A DNA stretch of 64,000 bases from Roseibacillus sp. (GCA_051251855.1 JBPOGI010000003.1:128001-192000), one strand, 5' to 3'; shown: positions 48,729-59,295, numbered from the stretch's first letter. Program-made: numbers and translations. Notes: a model not told the origin generated them from the letters alone.

Positions 48729-49521
48729 TGAGTAGTCTGATTGAGCGAGGGATGTGAAGAATCTTTGGCGATTACGAGGTAAGGATCCAAGGTGAAGTCG
48801 CTGCTTTTCAAGCTGACGTTGTGGCCTTCGATGGCGATGACGTTGCGGCCCTCGTTCATGAATTCCGCATAGGCAGAGAGAGGGAAATATTCGGTTCCAT
48901 CGGCTTGGTGGGAGGAGGCTCCTACTTTTCCGTTTCCGAGGCGTTGGTGGGATTTAACCAGGACTTCTTTACCATTGAGAAAGAGGGCGAATCTATCGTC
49001 GTAGTTGATCGCGAGGCCAATTTTTCGTTTGTCGGTGCCAGCAGGAATCACGAACTCTCGGCGAATGAATAGGGTGGTATATTTTCCAGCCATTTCTTCG
49101 AGGACGGTGCGGTCGTCGTTATCGCCGTAGCCAAAACCCGCAGGACCTTGGAGCCAGCCTTCTTCTGCGGCATCGAATCCCAATTGGGTCCACATTTTTG
49201 GTTTCGGAGTTTTAGCCGTCGCCAAGGTAGTGCCATTGGGCGTGGTGACGGTAGGGAGGCCTGAAAGTTTTGCTTCGTACTGGATTTGACCTTTGGGGAT
49301 TTTGCTCGGGAGTGAGCGCCCTTTCCTGTGCGGATGAGAATATCTTCTTGGGGAATTGAGACTGAGGTTTCGTCGGTAGTCCAACACTTGACCCTAGGGT
49401 TCTTCAGCTGCCAGACGATGGTGACTCAGGTTGAGTGAGAGAGCTGCAGGTAAGGGCCACGTGTGATTTCAGCAAGTGAGACTGAGCAAGTCAGCAGGAA
49501 GAGGAGGAGAATGGCTTTCAT
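48725..49521 (-). pseudogene. decayed secreted purple-acid-phosphatase-like gene retaining a C-terminal beta-sandwich domain
   Basis: ATG 49521 gives MKAILLLFLLTCSVSLAEITRGPYLQLSHST*VTIVW (TGA at 49426-49428), then a frame change to QYEAKLSGL and GFGYGD...FIRREF...DD...LNG; no phosphoesterase core. Confidence 0.7.
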
Positions 49522-49692
49522 GATGAGGAATTGTCCCGAATTAGTAGGAGCTCTCATGAGAGGTTACTCTTTCCATCGGCAGTGCTATCAGAAGAAGTTC
49601 TTGCGCCGACTTTAGGAGTTGGGGTTGGGTGGTGGGACGGCATCGGTGGTGGAGCGCTGAAGCCGATCCTTCTATCGGTTGCTTTGTGGTTG

Positions 49693-50469
49693 TTAGATGC
49701 GGAACCGGGCACGGTAGGAGGAGGGGGGCTCCTTCATGATGCGGGCGAATTCGCGGGAGAAGTGGCTTTGGTCAGAGAAGCCGCAGTGGTGGCTGATTTC
49801 GGCAAAGCTGCGAGTGGTGCGGACAATGAGGTGGCAGGCTTCTTGGACCCGGAGGTGGCGCAAGTATTCCTTGGGGGTCATGTTGAAGCAGGTTTTGAAC
49901 TTTCGTAAAAAGCTGCTCAGAGAGAGGTTGGCCGATTTGGCGAGGGTGCTGATGGCTATGTTCTCGCGGTAGTGCTGGTGCAGGAGGCTGAGCGCGGGGC
50001 CGAGTTCTTCGTTCTTACTGAGGGAAGTGGTGCCTTGGTCGAAGGGGCGGGTGACGCCAATGATGCCGCAAATTTTGCCTTGTTGATTGTAGAGGGGCTT
50101 TTTGGTGGTGGTGGACCAATCGACGAAGCCGTTGCCGCGTGGGACGAGTTCGACTCGGTTGACGACGGAATCGCCGGTCTCTAGGATTCTGAGATCGTCC
50201 TCGCGAATGTGCTCGAGAATGTGGGCGGGGATGTAGTCGTCGTCTTTTCTTCCGATGATTTCGTTGGGATGAGCGGCGTCGAAGATTTCGCAAAGGCGTT
50301 GATTGTAGGCGACGTATTGAAGGTCAGGGTTTTTGACGAAATAGATGAAACCTGGGAGGTCGTCAAAGATAGCAGCAAGATGATTCTCGACCTGATTCTC
50401 TTGAAAAAATCGGTTGTCTTGCATGGGTTCGGGAGCTTTGAGAGCCAGCGAGGGCTCGTGGATAGACAA
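49693..50469 (-). CDS. PAS-domain AraC-family regulator
   Basis: FIYFVKN..YVAYN..IIGRKD PAS; CGFSDQSHFSREF AraC. Confidence 0.92.
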   Translation of the reverse strand: MSIHEPSLALKAPEPMQDNRFFQENQVENHLAAIFDDLPGFIYFVKNPDLQYVAYNQRLCEIFDAAHPNEIIGRKDDDYIPAHILEHIREDDLRILETGDSVVNRVELVPRGNGFVDWSTTTKKPLYNQQGKICGIIGVTRPFDQGTTSLSKNEELGPALSLLHQHYRENIAISTLAKSANLSLSSFLRKFKTCFNMTPKEYLRHLRVQEACHLIVRTTRSFAEISHHCGFSDQSHFSREFARIMKEPPSSYRARFRI

Positions 50470-50487
50470 GGGATCTACGGAGGCGAG

Positions 50488-51195
50488 TCACTGTTGTACG
50501 ACGGAGACGTAGTCCTCAATTCCACGAATACGAGGACGATTCATCGTCGCGGGTTTCGTGATGAGCATGATTTGGCGAGCCTGAGGATTGTGCAGCCATT
50601 TTGTGCGTGCGAGAGAGGAAGGTTTCTCGTCACCCTTCATGAGGTAGTCGATTTTGACAGGATAGGATCCGAAGTCTTCGCGGGGTGGGGCCATGGCTTC
50701 AACCGCTCTTGGCTTGATGGTGATGACCTTTTCGCCAAAAAGACCCTGAACCATGGCGGATGATAGGTTAACGATTCGAGTGTGCCCGAGCGGAAAGACA
50801 CTAGATGAACCGTTGACGGGCAAAGCTTCCATAGGAAAGACTTTGTTATCTTTGGTGAAAGCAAAGATGAGGTAGGTTCGTGACCACTCTTTAGGTATGC
50901 GCACCATGGGAGCACCTTTCGGAATTTGTTCATCTTCGGAAAGAAGGCGAGGCAAAATGGCGAGTACGAGATCGCCTTGTGGTAGGACAATGTCTGGAGA
51001 AAAGTTACGTGAGGGAAGCGCTACCTCAATGCTGTTTTTCTCGGCTGAGATGAGATAGATTTTTTCCGGAGAATCCTCTGGGGGCTCGACGAAAATTGCT
51101 TTGGCAATGCGGTCGGCACCTGAGGCGAAGCCGAACATCGCAAAGAGGGAGAGGCTCAGGAAGACTCTTGAAAATTTGTGTCCGCGATGACTCAT
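50488..51195 (-). CDS. hypothetical secreted protein associated with the cassette A-like gene
   Basis: Signal peptide; 50 nt downstream of the 1196-aa gene on the same strand. Confidence 0.75.
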   Translation of the reverse strand: MSHRGHKFSRVFLSLSLFAMFGFASGADRIAKAIFVEPPEDSPEKIYLISAEKNSIEVALPSRNFSPDIVLPQGDLVLAILPRLLSEDEQIPKGAPMVRIPKEWSRTYLIFAFTKDNKVFPMEALPVNGSSSVFPLGHTRIVNLSSAMVQGLFGEKVITIKPRAVEAMAPPREDFGSYPVKIDYLMKGDEKPSSLARTKWLHNPQARQIMLITKPATMNRPRIRGIEDYVSVVQQ

Positions 51196-51245
51196 ATTGG
51201 TTCTTCAAACGCTAGAGCGATTCGAGATGATAGAAAGCTTTAATC

Positions 51246-54200
51246 TTAGACTTCAGCTTCTTTCAACCACCGGAAGGAAACCTGTTTGTATCGGCGACCG
51301 AAACGTCGGTTCACTTTGGACTCGGTCTCGGCTGAGTGGGGATTGAGCTGAGCCGCATCAGCATTATCGACGAATTCTGCTTGGCGCTGGACGACGACCT
51401 CGCACCAAGCTTGTGCGACAATGGCACCAGACTTGTCTCGAGAGTCACCATAGGCACGAATCGTGAAGGTGTCGTCTCGTGCTGAGATGATTGGCGCAAG
51501 AGAGCGAAGAATGTCCGCTTGACGAACCCAACCTGGCACTCCGAAGTTAGTTGAGCCGAAGGCTGCCTCGGGGAACTTGTAGTCGGTGATGCCTGGGGGA
51601 GTGGTGTCGATTTGTTCACCCTCTTCAATCAAGCGGAGAAAGGGGTTTCGCTCGCTGCTACTGTTCTCGGCAATGGTGTCGAGAGCTCGCTGAATGGTGC
51701 CAGCAAGGGCTAAGTCTTTATCTGAAGAAAGCTGCCGATTTACAAATTCGGAGAGAGAGAGAAAAGGTCCTCGCTTCCGAACTTGTGCCACGATCTCCTC
51801 TGCGAGCGCGTCAATTTGGCTATCGCTCATGGCTGGATAGCCTCCCCCTAAGATAGCAACCTCATTGTCCGAGCTAGCGATGATAGAAGTGCTGTCAGTA
51901 GCGAGGTCGCCGGCAACTGTTGTTCTGGGAAATGCCGTTCCGTCGGCCACGTCGGTGTCTACCGCTCCTTGGTCACTGTAGTAGGGGACTTCTAGGTCAC
52001 GGTTGCGTCGGAGCGTCGCTCGCCAAGCATCAACCGATACTGAATTGATATTGAACATGCCTTCGACTTCCAGAAGGGCAGCCACGGACTGGAAGGGAAG
52101 TAGTCCAGTGTCGTCGTCACTACTAGAGGAGAGGTAGCTCGTGGTGAGCTCTGCTGTATCTTGTTCACGAGCTAAATTGCTGGGGCGATAGAACCAGTTA
52201 GGAAGGTCGTCTTGGCCTTCTAGGAAGGAGCTGAAGACATCAGTAGTGGGTCGCTCTTCTTGCTTTGAGAAATTTTCCAAATCTGGTCCAATAGAGGACA
52301 TGAACCAGTCGTCGAAGAGGGCATGGTTGAGAAGGTAGGAATCGTCGTTAGAGAGACCAGCAAAGTCCCCCCGCGTGTCGATGGAGAGCTGGTCCGGTGC
52401 AAAAATTGGGTGAGCGGAAGAGTTCCCGATGAGGTTGAACTGAAAGGGAGGCATTTGATTGTTGTTCCGAACATCGAAGTGCTGCAAATCAGCTAGGCTT
52501 TGCAATGGTCGTGTAGGTAGTTCCGCTACGATTGCCCGGGTCATCCCGTTGTCGGAATAATTTCCTGTAACCATGAAGCCTCGATTGGAGCTATCGGTAT
52601 CAAGGGATACCAAGGTGTCGTTCCATCCAGAGGCTTCGGAAATAATGAAATCATAGGGTGCGTTGATGGTGTGGTAAGCTCCTGATTCGGCTAGATTGAC
52701 GATTGCATTGCCATCGTTCCCTGTTCCGAGCTCGGCGTAATGTTGGAGAGGGTTGGCCTGCAGCATGCCTTTGGTGCGAGTGTTTTTGAACCGAGTGTCA
52801 TCATTGGGAGGAGGGCAGGCAAAGCGGAGGCCAATATTCGCCGTTGCGAAGGGTCGAGCGTTCGATCGAGTCACGTCTCCAAGCCGGACTGCGCGTGGGA
52901 GTTCGATTGGGGGATAAATCTCGTCAATGACGCCTTGTCCTCCGAATTCATCCACCTCGTAGGCCATGACGATAATGTTGCCCCCGCTGGCGGCGTTGCT
53001 ACTGGCTGAGAATCGTATTCCAATACCATCAGAGTTGCCTGTTCCCTCTTGGCCTTTGGCCGCAAACCGAATGTTAGAGATGGTGAAGAGGTCGTTGCTT
53101 GAGGCTACAATGGGAATGGCTTCACCAGTTTCGTTATCTCCATCGCGGTCGTTAGTGTCAGGGAAATTCACAAAAAGCGCTCCCCCTCCGGCAGGCTCAT
53201 ATCCTTCTGAGAGGGTGAGGGCTTGTCCTCCACTGTTGGCGATTGGGACTCTCCCCCTCATGCTATAAACTTTGTTTTCGCCGGGTGCAAGAGAGATGGC
53301 GGGAAGCTTTAGGTTCAATCCACCGTTCTGCTTTTTGTAATTAACGATTTGGTTGAGCTGGATATCGGAATAGGTTTCAGTTCCGACCCTGAAGCTCATT
53401 TTGATGGGAAACACTCTCTGAACGGCTACGTTGTAGCTACTCAGGGAAATCGCTACGTTGTAAGGATTCCAAACCGTGACAACGGGTGTTAACACGATTG
53501 CTGGGTTATATTCGCCTCTATTTTCACCTTCTTGTGAACCTTGGGAAAGAACCCACCGAATTCGGGTCACTTGGGGGTGCAACCGAATTTGCTCTTGAAA
53601 ATTATATCGCTCCGAAGCTGATGTCCCTCCGACCTTGTATGACTGTGGTCGCATGGTGACGGAACGTGGAGAACTCGAAATCAAGTTGTCATAGTAGGTC
53701 ATGTAGTTGACCAGTGCGGACCAAGCGCAGATTGGGGGGGTCTTACTCCAAGCGCTCCCTTTATCGTTGCCTGGTAGGTAGTCTGCCCAGTGATAGAGCA
53801 ACGCATTGGAAGTTTGTCGCCTTGATGTTACCCGTGTGAAATCGAGAGATTCACCGGGAAGGTGCGAGAAGAGTGGAAGACGGCTGCTTGGCAAACGATC
53901 ATAATACTCGGAAAATAAGGAGAGGTCCTTTCTCCATCCGCCAGTAGCAACGTTGGTGAGGAGTCCTTTGTTGTAAGTTGTTCGATGGTAGAAATCATCT
54001 CCAGAAGGAGTGGTGTTGTTGAGAAGCTTTAACGTGTTGCGAGAAGGAAGGATGGCATCGTTGGCCGTCATTTCATCCAGTTCGGCGAGCCCAAAGACCT
54101 CGGGGTCTGGAAGGCGGTTCCCTCGAAGTTGTTCCTGCCAATCGGAGGCGTCTACAGGGTTATGGTCAGGGTCTACATTGATGAGCGCTTTGCTATTGTC

Positions 54201-54836
54201 GCCTGAGGTCCACCACGAGATTCCGCCGGTGACCTCGCTATCGGCTGAAGAGATTAAGGTGGGTTCAAGATAGACTCCGTCACCGGTATCGATCGTTCCG
54301 TTGGAGACGAGCTTGACTTGGTTTCCTCCCGGGCTGGTGGAACTCTTGGGGACCTCAGAGACGTTAGGTGCTGCCCCATAAGAGGTTGAGGTCAAGTAGC
54401 CGAGGAATCGTCCCGAACCTTCCTCTCCGAGAGCTTCGCTGGCATCTCCCGATTCTGTTTTGCTGTCGTAGTCGGGAGCAATTGGCTTCCCGTCGCTGCC
54501 ATTATTGGTTCCTTCCCAGCTCCGCCAAACCCCAGCAACATCGATATTAGAAGCGTCGATGAGCTTTGCGCTAGCTGTGATGCGGGTGTCCAATCCGCTC
54601 AGGCCTTGGAGCTGTGAAATAGCCAGTTGGGCCGCGAGACGGGCGTTATTTCTTGCCTCTGTTTGAGCGTTGGTTGAGGTCGAGGCTCGTAGGGTGGTGG
54701 TGGACAATGAAAGTAATCCCACTGCAATGAGCGAAAGAAGAATCATGATCGTAACCGTCACAATAAGCGAAAAACCTGCACGCTGCCCCGCGCAATTATG
54801 GGGTTGAGCTTTGGTGCGTTTGTCTTGGATTTTCAT
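51246..54836 (-). CDS. large PilX/GspK-like protein (Verru_Chthon cassette A-like)
   Basis: RAGFSLIVTVTIMILL (no Glu5), ARNNARLA..LAISQLQ...G.D.RITA; C-terminus RGPFLSLSEFVNR, RDDTFTIRAYG, FGRRY..VSFRWL...EV. Confidence 0.85.
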   Translation of the reverse strand: MKIQDKRTKAQPHNCAGQRAGFSLIVTVTIMILLSLIAVGLLSLSTTTLRASTSTNAQTEARNNARLAAQLAISQLQGLSGLDTRITASAKLIDASNIDVAGVWRSWEGTNNGSDGKPIAPDYDSKTESGDASEALGEEGSGRFLGYLTSTSYGAAPNVSEVPKSSTSPGGNQVKLVSNGTIDTGDGVYLEPTLISSADSEVTGGISWWTSGDNSKALINVDPDHNPVDASDWQEQLRGNRLPDPEVFGLAELDEMTANDAILPSRNTLKLLNNTTPSGDDFYHRTTYNKGLLTNVATGGWRKDLSLFSEYYDRLPSSRLPLFSHLPGESLDFTRVTSRRQTSNALLYHWADYLPGNDKGSAWSKTPPICAWSALVNYMTYYDNLISSSPRSVTMRPQSYKVGGTSASERYNFQEQIRLHPQVTRIRWVLSQGSQEGENRGEYNPAIVLTPVVTVWNPYNVAISLSSYNVAVQRVFPIKMSFRVGTETYSDIQLNQIVNYKKQNGGLNLKLPAISLAPGENKVYSMRGRVPIANSGGQALTLSEGYEPAGGGALFVNFPDTNDRDGDNETGEAIPIVASSNDLFTISNIRFAAKGQEGTGNSDGIGIRFSASSNAASGGNIIVMAYEVDEFGGQGVIDEIYPPIELPRAVRLGDVTRSNARPFATANIGLRFACPPPNDDTRFKNTRTKGMLQANPLQHYAELGTGNDGNAIVNLAESGAYHTINAPYDFIISEASGWNDTLVSLDTDSSNRGFMVTGNYSDNGMTRAIVAELPTRPLQSLADLQHFDVRNNNQMPPFQFNLIGNSSAHPIFAPDQLSIDTRGDFAGLSNDDSYLLNHALFDDWFMSSIGPDLENFSKQEERPTTDVFSSFLEGQDDLPNWFYRPSNLAREQDTAELTTSYLSSSSDDDTGLLPFQSVAALLEVEGMFNINSVSVDAWRATLRRNRDLEVPYYSDQGAVDTDVADGTAFPRTTVAGDLATDSTSIIASSDNEVAILGGGYPAMSDSQIDALAEEIVAQVRKRGPFLSLSEFVNRQLSSDKDLALAGTIQRALDTIAENSSSERNPFLRLIEEGEQIDTTPPGITDYKFPEAAFGSTNFGVPGWVRQADILRSLAPIISARDDTFTIRAYGDSRDKSGAIVAQAWCEVVVQRQAEFVDNADAAQLNPHSAETESKVNRRFGRRYKQVSFRWLKEAEV

Positions 54837-55208
54837 GGGGTCCGATTTGTTGTAAAGAAATGAGATCTTTGCTTGTTTAAGGTGGTGAGAGCGGAAGAGG
54901 TCACGGGGTCGGCTTCGGGTGGGAGTAGCCTGTTCTCTCTAAGCGGTTACCATGTCCATACATGAAACATACATTTTTTAGGTCTTCGAGCAAGGTTTTT
55001 TTAGTTGATTTGGGAGGTTTTTGGGGTTTCGAACGGCTTACGAAGAAGGCATTGGGTGGCCTGATGGGGGAGAAGCTGCCATTTGGGGCTCCGATCCAGT
55101 GTCGCAGGGCGGACTCGATGATAAAGCGAGTCGGAGAGCTGCTCCCGCAAGGGTTCCGTTCGAGTTGCTCTTTAACTGAAATTGGGGGAAGGGCGGGGGG
55201 AATCGAGG

Positions 55209-56897
55209 CTATTTCGAGGAGTTTTTCTGTTTCTTCCAAGAATTGAAGGGAACCACGCCGCGCTCCTGGGCCCATTCCTCGTATTGGGCCGCCATGATTT
55301 TGGTTCGTTCGGGGAGTTCTTCTGCCCGATTGTTCATCTCGGTGCGGTCGTCGATGATGTTGTAGAGCTCCCATTTGCTCTTCACGCCTTTGGCGACAAG
55401 CTTCCATTCGCCATCACGAACAGCGCGATTGCCTTCATGTTCCCAGAAAAGGGGTTGAGGGCGGAGGAGGCTCTTACCAGCGAAGGCGGGGGTGAGAGGG
55501 ACGCCTTCGACGGGGATTTTGTCCTTAGGGTAGTCCGCTTTGGCGAGATCGAGACAGGTCGCCATAAAGTCGATGAGATGGGATGGTTCGTTGCACCAAG
55601 TGTTCGTTTTTTTGATGCCTTGGGGCCAGTGGGCGATGAGGGGGGTGGCGATGCCGCCTTCGTGCACCCAATGTTTATACTCACGGAAGGGAGTATTGGA
55701 GACGTTGGCCCAATTTTTGCCGTAGCCAACTTGAGTCTCGGGCGGACCTGGCATCACACCTGTGCCTCGGCGAAGTGGGAAACCCTCGCGAGACTGTTTG
55801 GGGACCATATCCGGTTGGAGTTCGTCGCGGCCCATGGGTTTGAGGGTAGGTGTTTTGGGCCGCTCGAGGGGGCCTTCCAACTTTCCGCGCCCGAAGGTCT
55901 CAGCGCAGCCGCCATTGTCTTGCAGAAAAAGGATGAGGGTGTTGTTGAGCTGTCCGTTTTTTTCCAAAGTCTCGATGATGCGGCCGATTCCCTGATCCAT
56001 ATTGTCCACCATCGCGGCGTAGACTTCCATGCAGGCGGATTCCCATTCTTTGTTTTTGACCTTTGACCAGGTTCCAACGGGGCCCGGAATTTTCCAGTTG
56101 GGGTCGATAAGCCCAAGCTTCTTCATTTTTTTGAGCCGAGCTTCATAGATGGGGGTGTAGCCTTGGTCGTATTTGCCCTTATACTTAGCGATATCCTCGG
56201 GGAGGGCATGCATGGGCCAATGGGCGGCGGTGTAGGCGATATATTGGAAAAAGGGTTCTCCCGGGCTTTCTTTGAAGTGCTCCTCCAAAAACATCACTGC
56301 ATTGTCGGAGATGGCGTCGGTGTAATACCAAGTGCCCTCCGGCTGATAGACGGGGTCGTTTTCGGGGGTGATGTAGGTGTTTTCTCTAGTGAGTGAATTG
56401 GGGTCGAAAAAGGAGCCCGCGCCGTGGATGGTACCGTAGAACTTCTCGAAGCCTCGTTGCAGGGGCCAATTGTGTTGAGGGCCGTCTGGTCCCTTGTCGG
56501 GGGTGACGTGCCACTTTCCGCTCATGGACGTACGGTAGCCTGCGGGACGAAGGGCTTCCGCGATGGTGAGGCATTCGTCATTAAGAAATCCCTGATACTG
56601 GGGCAGCCCGTAGTTGGCCATCATGTGGCCAATCCCAGCTTGATGAGGATAGAGGCCCGTGAGCAAAGAAGCGCGCGTGGGACAGCAGCGTCCGGTATTG
56701 TAGAATTGACTAAAGCGCAGTCCGCCGATGGCGAGTCGATCTAGGTTGGGGCTCTCAATCTCGCCGCCATAGCAACCCAAGTCCGAGAATCCCATGTCGT
56801 CCGACATGATGAGGATGATATTCGGCCGCTTCTCTTGACCAGAAACGGCCGCTACGAAAGCGAGAGATAAGATGCTGAGCAGAGAGCCAATGCGCAT
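55209..56897 (-). CDS. secreted arylsulfatase (formylglycine-dependent S1)
   Basis: RPNIILIMSDDMG, CCPTRASLLTG, GKWH. Confidence 0.95.
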   Translation of the reverse strand: MRIGSLLSILSLAFVAAVSGQEKRPNIILIMSDDMGFSDLGCYGGEIESPNLDRLAIGGLRFSQFYNTGRCCPTRASLLTGLYPHQAGIGHMMANYGLPQYQGFLNDECLTIAEALRPAGYRTSMSGKWHVTPDKGPDGPQHNWPLQRGFEKFYGTIHGAGSFFDPNSLTRENTYITPENDPVYQPEGTWYYTDAISDNAVMFLEEHFKESPGEPFFQYIAYTAAHWPMHALPEDIAKYKGKYDQGYTPIYEARLKKMKKLGLIDPNWKIPGPVGTWSKVKNKEWESACMEVYAAMVDNMDQGIGRIIETLEKNGQLNNTLILFLQDNGGCAETFGRGKLEGPLERPKTPTLKPMGRDELQPDMVPKQSREGFPLRRGTGVMPGPPETQVGYGKNWANVSNTPFREYKHWVHEGGIATPLIAHWPQGIKKTNTWCNEPSHLIDFMATCLDLAKADYPKDKIPVEGVPLTPAFAGKSLLRPQPLFWEHEGNRAVRDGEWKLVAKGVKSKWELYNIIDDRTEMNNRAEELPERTKIMAAQYEEWAQERGVVPFNSWKKQKNSSK

Positions 56898-56918
56898 CTA
56901 ACCACTACGCGCCACGGA

Positions 56919-57785
56919 CTATTCTTTGTCACTCTTCTTTCTCAACGAAAGGAGCTCGACCATCCCTTTGCGGTTTTCAGCGGCGAGTTCAGCTTTGCCG
57001 TTTTTGACTCCGCCACGGGCTTCGAAAAGGAAGCTCTTATCGTAGCCAATCTTGTCGAGAGTGGCGGCCAAGCGAGGGAGGTCGGTCTTGTCTTTGCCAA
57101 AGTGAATGTTGCCCTCGGGCTTGATGTGAATTTCGCAAATGAGGTCGTTGCCCATCTCTTCGATGGCAGCGTAGATGTCTTCGCCGGCGCGCATCATGTT
57201 GCCGGTGTCGTAATACATGCGGAGTTCTTTGGGATTGCCGAGGCGCTCGAAGAGTTCCAATACGCGCTTATAGGGAATGGGGGACTCGATACCGATGGTG
57301 ACACCGTGCTGGCGGGCGAGGGGGAGAATTTCTTCGGTGAATTTTGCCACCCCCGCAATCTTCTCTTCGCCCTTGGTGAAGTTGGAGGGACCGAAAAAGG
57401 GAAAAAGGAGAACGTCGCATCCCAGTGCTTCGCAGGCGGCGAGGGACTGCTTCATAATGGCCAGCGCCTCTTCGCGTGGCTTGCCTTCTTTCCAAATCAC
57501 AAGTCGGTTGAGGCTACCGGCGCAGAGAGAAACGATGTCGATACCGTGTTCCTTTGAGGCGGCGAGGAACTGTTCTTGCAACTCGGGATCGGAGAGGGTG
57601 AGGACGTTTTCTTTGTTGAGGCTTCCGGTGTGCAGCTGGACTCCTTGATATCCGGCTTCTTTGGCGAGGGCCACGCTCTCGACCTTGGTGCGATAGCCGA
57701 AGGCCGTTTCCATCACCGCAAGGCTGGGTTCGGAGAAAGCGGGAAGAGCGAGGGCTAAGAGGAGGGAGGTGATGATGCGCTTCAT
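56919..57785 (-). CDS. exported sugar-phosphate isomerase/epimerase (AP-endonuclease-2 TIM barrel)
   Basis: Signal MKRIITSLLLALALPAFS; GVTIGIE, YYDTGN, EIHIK, FE metal ligands. Confidence 0.85.
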   Translation of the reverse strand: MKRIITSLLLALALPAFSEPSLAVMETAFGYRTKVESVALAKEAGYQGVQLHTGSLNKENVLTLSDPELQEQFLAASKEHGIDIVSLCAGSLNRLVIWKEGKPREEALAIMKQSLAACEALGCDVLLFPFFGPSNFTKGEEKIAGVAKFTEEILPLARQHGVTIGIESPIPYKRVLELFERLGNPKELRMYYDTGNMMRAGEDIYAAIEEMGNDLICEIHIKPEGNIHFGKDKTDLPRLAATLDKIGYDKSFLFEARGGVKNGKAELAAENRKGMVELLSLRKKSDKE

Positions 57786-57810
57786 AGAGAAAGTGTTCTC
57801 CTGTAGACGA

Positions 57811-58770
57811 CTATGCGGAAGTAGATTTTTCAAGATTTGTGATGGCGGTGGAAAAAAGAGAATGTTGAAACTGGAAGCCTTCGGCGAGGAGGCGTTCGGG
57901 TTCGACACGGCGGCTCTTCACGATGAGCTCGGTCTCTGTTCGTAGGAAAAAGGCCCCGAGCTCGAGCATCCACCGAGGAGATGGTAAGCCCAATTTGACC
58001 CCGAGGGCTTTGCGCAAAGTCACCATCATTTCGCGGTTGGGCAGAGGATGGGGGGCAGTGAGATTGTAGATTCCCTTCTTGGTTTCGTCGTCGATGAGCC
58101 ACTCGATAATACGGAAAAAATCATCAGCATGGAGCCACGAAACAAATTGGCGCCCATGGCTCATGGTGCCGCCGAGGCCCATGTGAACGAGCTTGCGCAT
58201 CATTTCATGCACCCCGCCTGGCTCGTTGCCGAAGACCATGGCGGTTCTCAGGACGAGGCCTCGAGTTCGCGCGAGGTCGTTGTCTTGGTAAGCTTTCGCG
58301 AAAGCGTCCTCCCATGCATGGGCCACTTCCACCGAGTAGGCGTCTTTCGCTTCTTTGCTGGCACCATAGAGGCCGGTCGACTCCGTATTGGGGGCATCGT
58401 AGCGATGACGATAGATGGTGGCGGTGCTGGAATTGAGCCAGACTGCAGGTGGATTTTTACAGGCGGCAATGGCTTGGCCGAGAATGAGGGTCGAATCTAC
58501 GCGCGAGTCCATGATGGTGTTGCGGTTCTTTTGATTGTAGCGACAGTCGACCGAACGTCCGGCGAGGTTGATGACCGCTTCGGCTCCCTCTAACTGCTCA
58601 GACCAGTCACCTAAACTTTTACCATCCCAGAGCACGACTTCCGCTCCTTCGATGAGCACGGATTTGCGGCTCAGGATAATGACTCTCCAACCTTGGTGGG
58701 TGAACCGCTTCGTGAGAGTGCGTCCCAAAAATCCGCTACCTCCGGGAATGATGACTGTTCGAATACTCAT
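57811..58770 (-). CDS. NAD-dependent epimerase, TIGR01777/YfcH-like
   Basis: GGSGFLG, INLAGRSV, SRVDST, GRQFVSWLH, P.RLLAEGFQF. Confidence 0.9.
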   Translation of the reverse strand: MSIRTVIIPGGSGFLGRTLTKRFTHQGWRVIILSRKSVLIEGAEVVLWDGKSLGDWSEQLEGAEAVINLAGRSVDCRYNQKNRNTIMDSRVDSTLILGQAIAACKNPPAVWLNSSTATIYRHRYDAPNTESTGLYGASKEAKDAYSVEVAHAWEDAFAKAYQDNDLARTRGLVLRTAMVFGNEPGGVHEMMRKLVHMGLGGTMSHGRQFVSWLHADDFFRIIEWLIDDETKKGIYNLTAPHPLPNREMMVTLRKALGVKLGLPSPRWMLELGAFFLRTETELIVKSRRVEPERLLAEGFQFQHSLFSTAITNLEKSTSA

Positions 58771-58836
58771 CTCATCAACAGAAATAACGGTTGCTCCTTT
58801 CGAAATCAATCCTTTTGTTTCAGTAATTACTGAAAA

Positions 58837-59295
58837 TTAAGAATGAAAGCTCTCAGCTCTGTGTTTGATGGCGTCTAAGCGAATGTTTTGAGCGGCGTTA
58901 AGAGAGGGGTAAAGGAGCGATTTTTCGAAGGGGGCTCCCAGTGGACCAAAGGGGAGCGCGAACGAGAAAGTGTCTTCTAACAGGCAGCCCTTCGAGGTGG
59001 GAGTGAGCAAGTAGTGGTGGGAAAAATGTGCGAGGAGACCTTGATTCATTGAGTCCTGAAACTCGAAGGGGGAGCGAAAATTACTGGCCTTCATGGTGAG
59101 TCGAAAGCGACAGCCAAAGAATACGGCGGAATAGACTGTCGAGGTGCCTTCCTCTGCGAGTCCGGAGGTCTGGCCGTTCACAGCTCTCGCTTTGATGCCC
59201 GTTGCGGCTTCGAGGTGAAAGTCGATGGAGCGACAGAGGTCGAAGACCACCTCAACTGGAGCTGCGATTTCGCGTTGGTAAAGAGTGCTCGTCAC
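58837..59295 (-). CDS. SRPBCC family protein
   Basis: IAAPVEVVFDLCRSIDFH, FQDSMNQG, FSHHY. Confidence 0.85.
   Translation of the reverse strand: MTSTLYQREIAAPVEVVFDLCRSIDFHLEAATGIKARAVNGQTSGLAEEGTSTVYSAVFFGCRFRLTMKASNFRSPFEFQDSMNQGLLAHFSHHYLLTPTSKGCLLEDTFSFALPFGPLGAPFEKSLLYPSLNAAQNIRLDAIKHRAESFHS

Noticed and set aside
49426..49428. Selenocysteine TGA
   Set aside because: The context is not a redox motif, and the same gene also has a frameshift and a deletion, indicating decay
55182..56066. 294-aa + strand ORF
   Set aside because: Antisense shadow of the arylsulfatase
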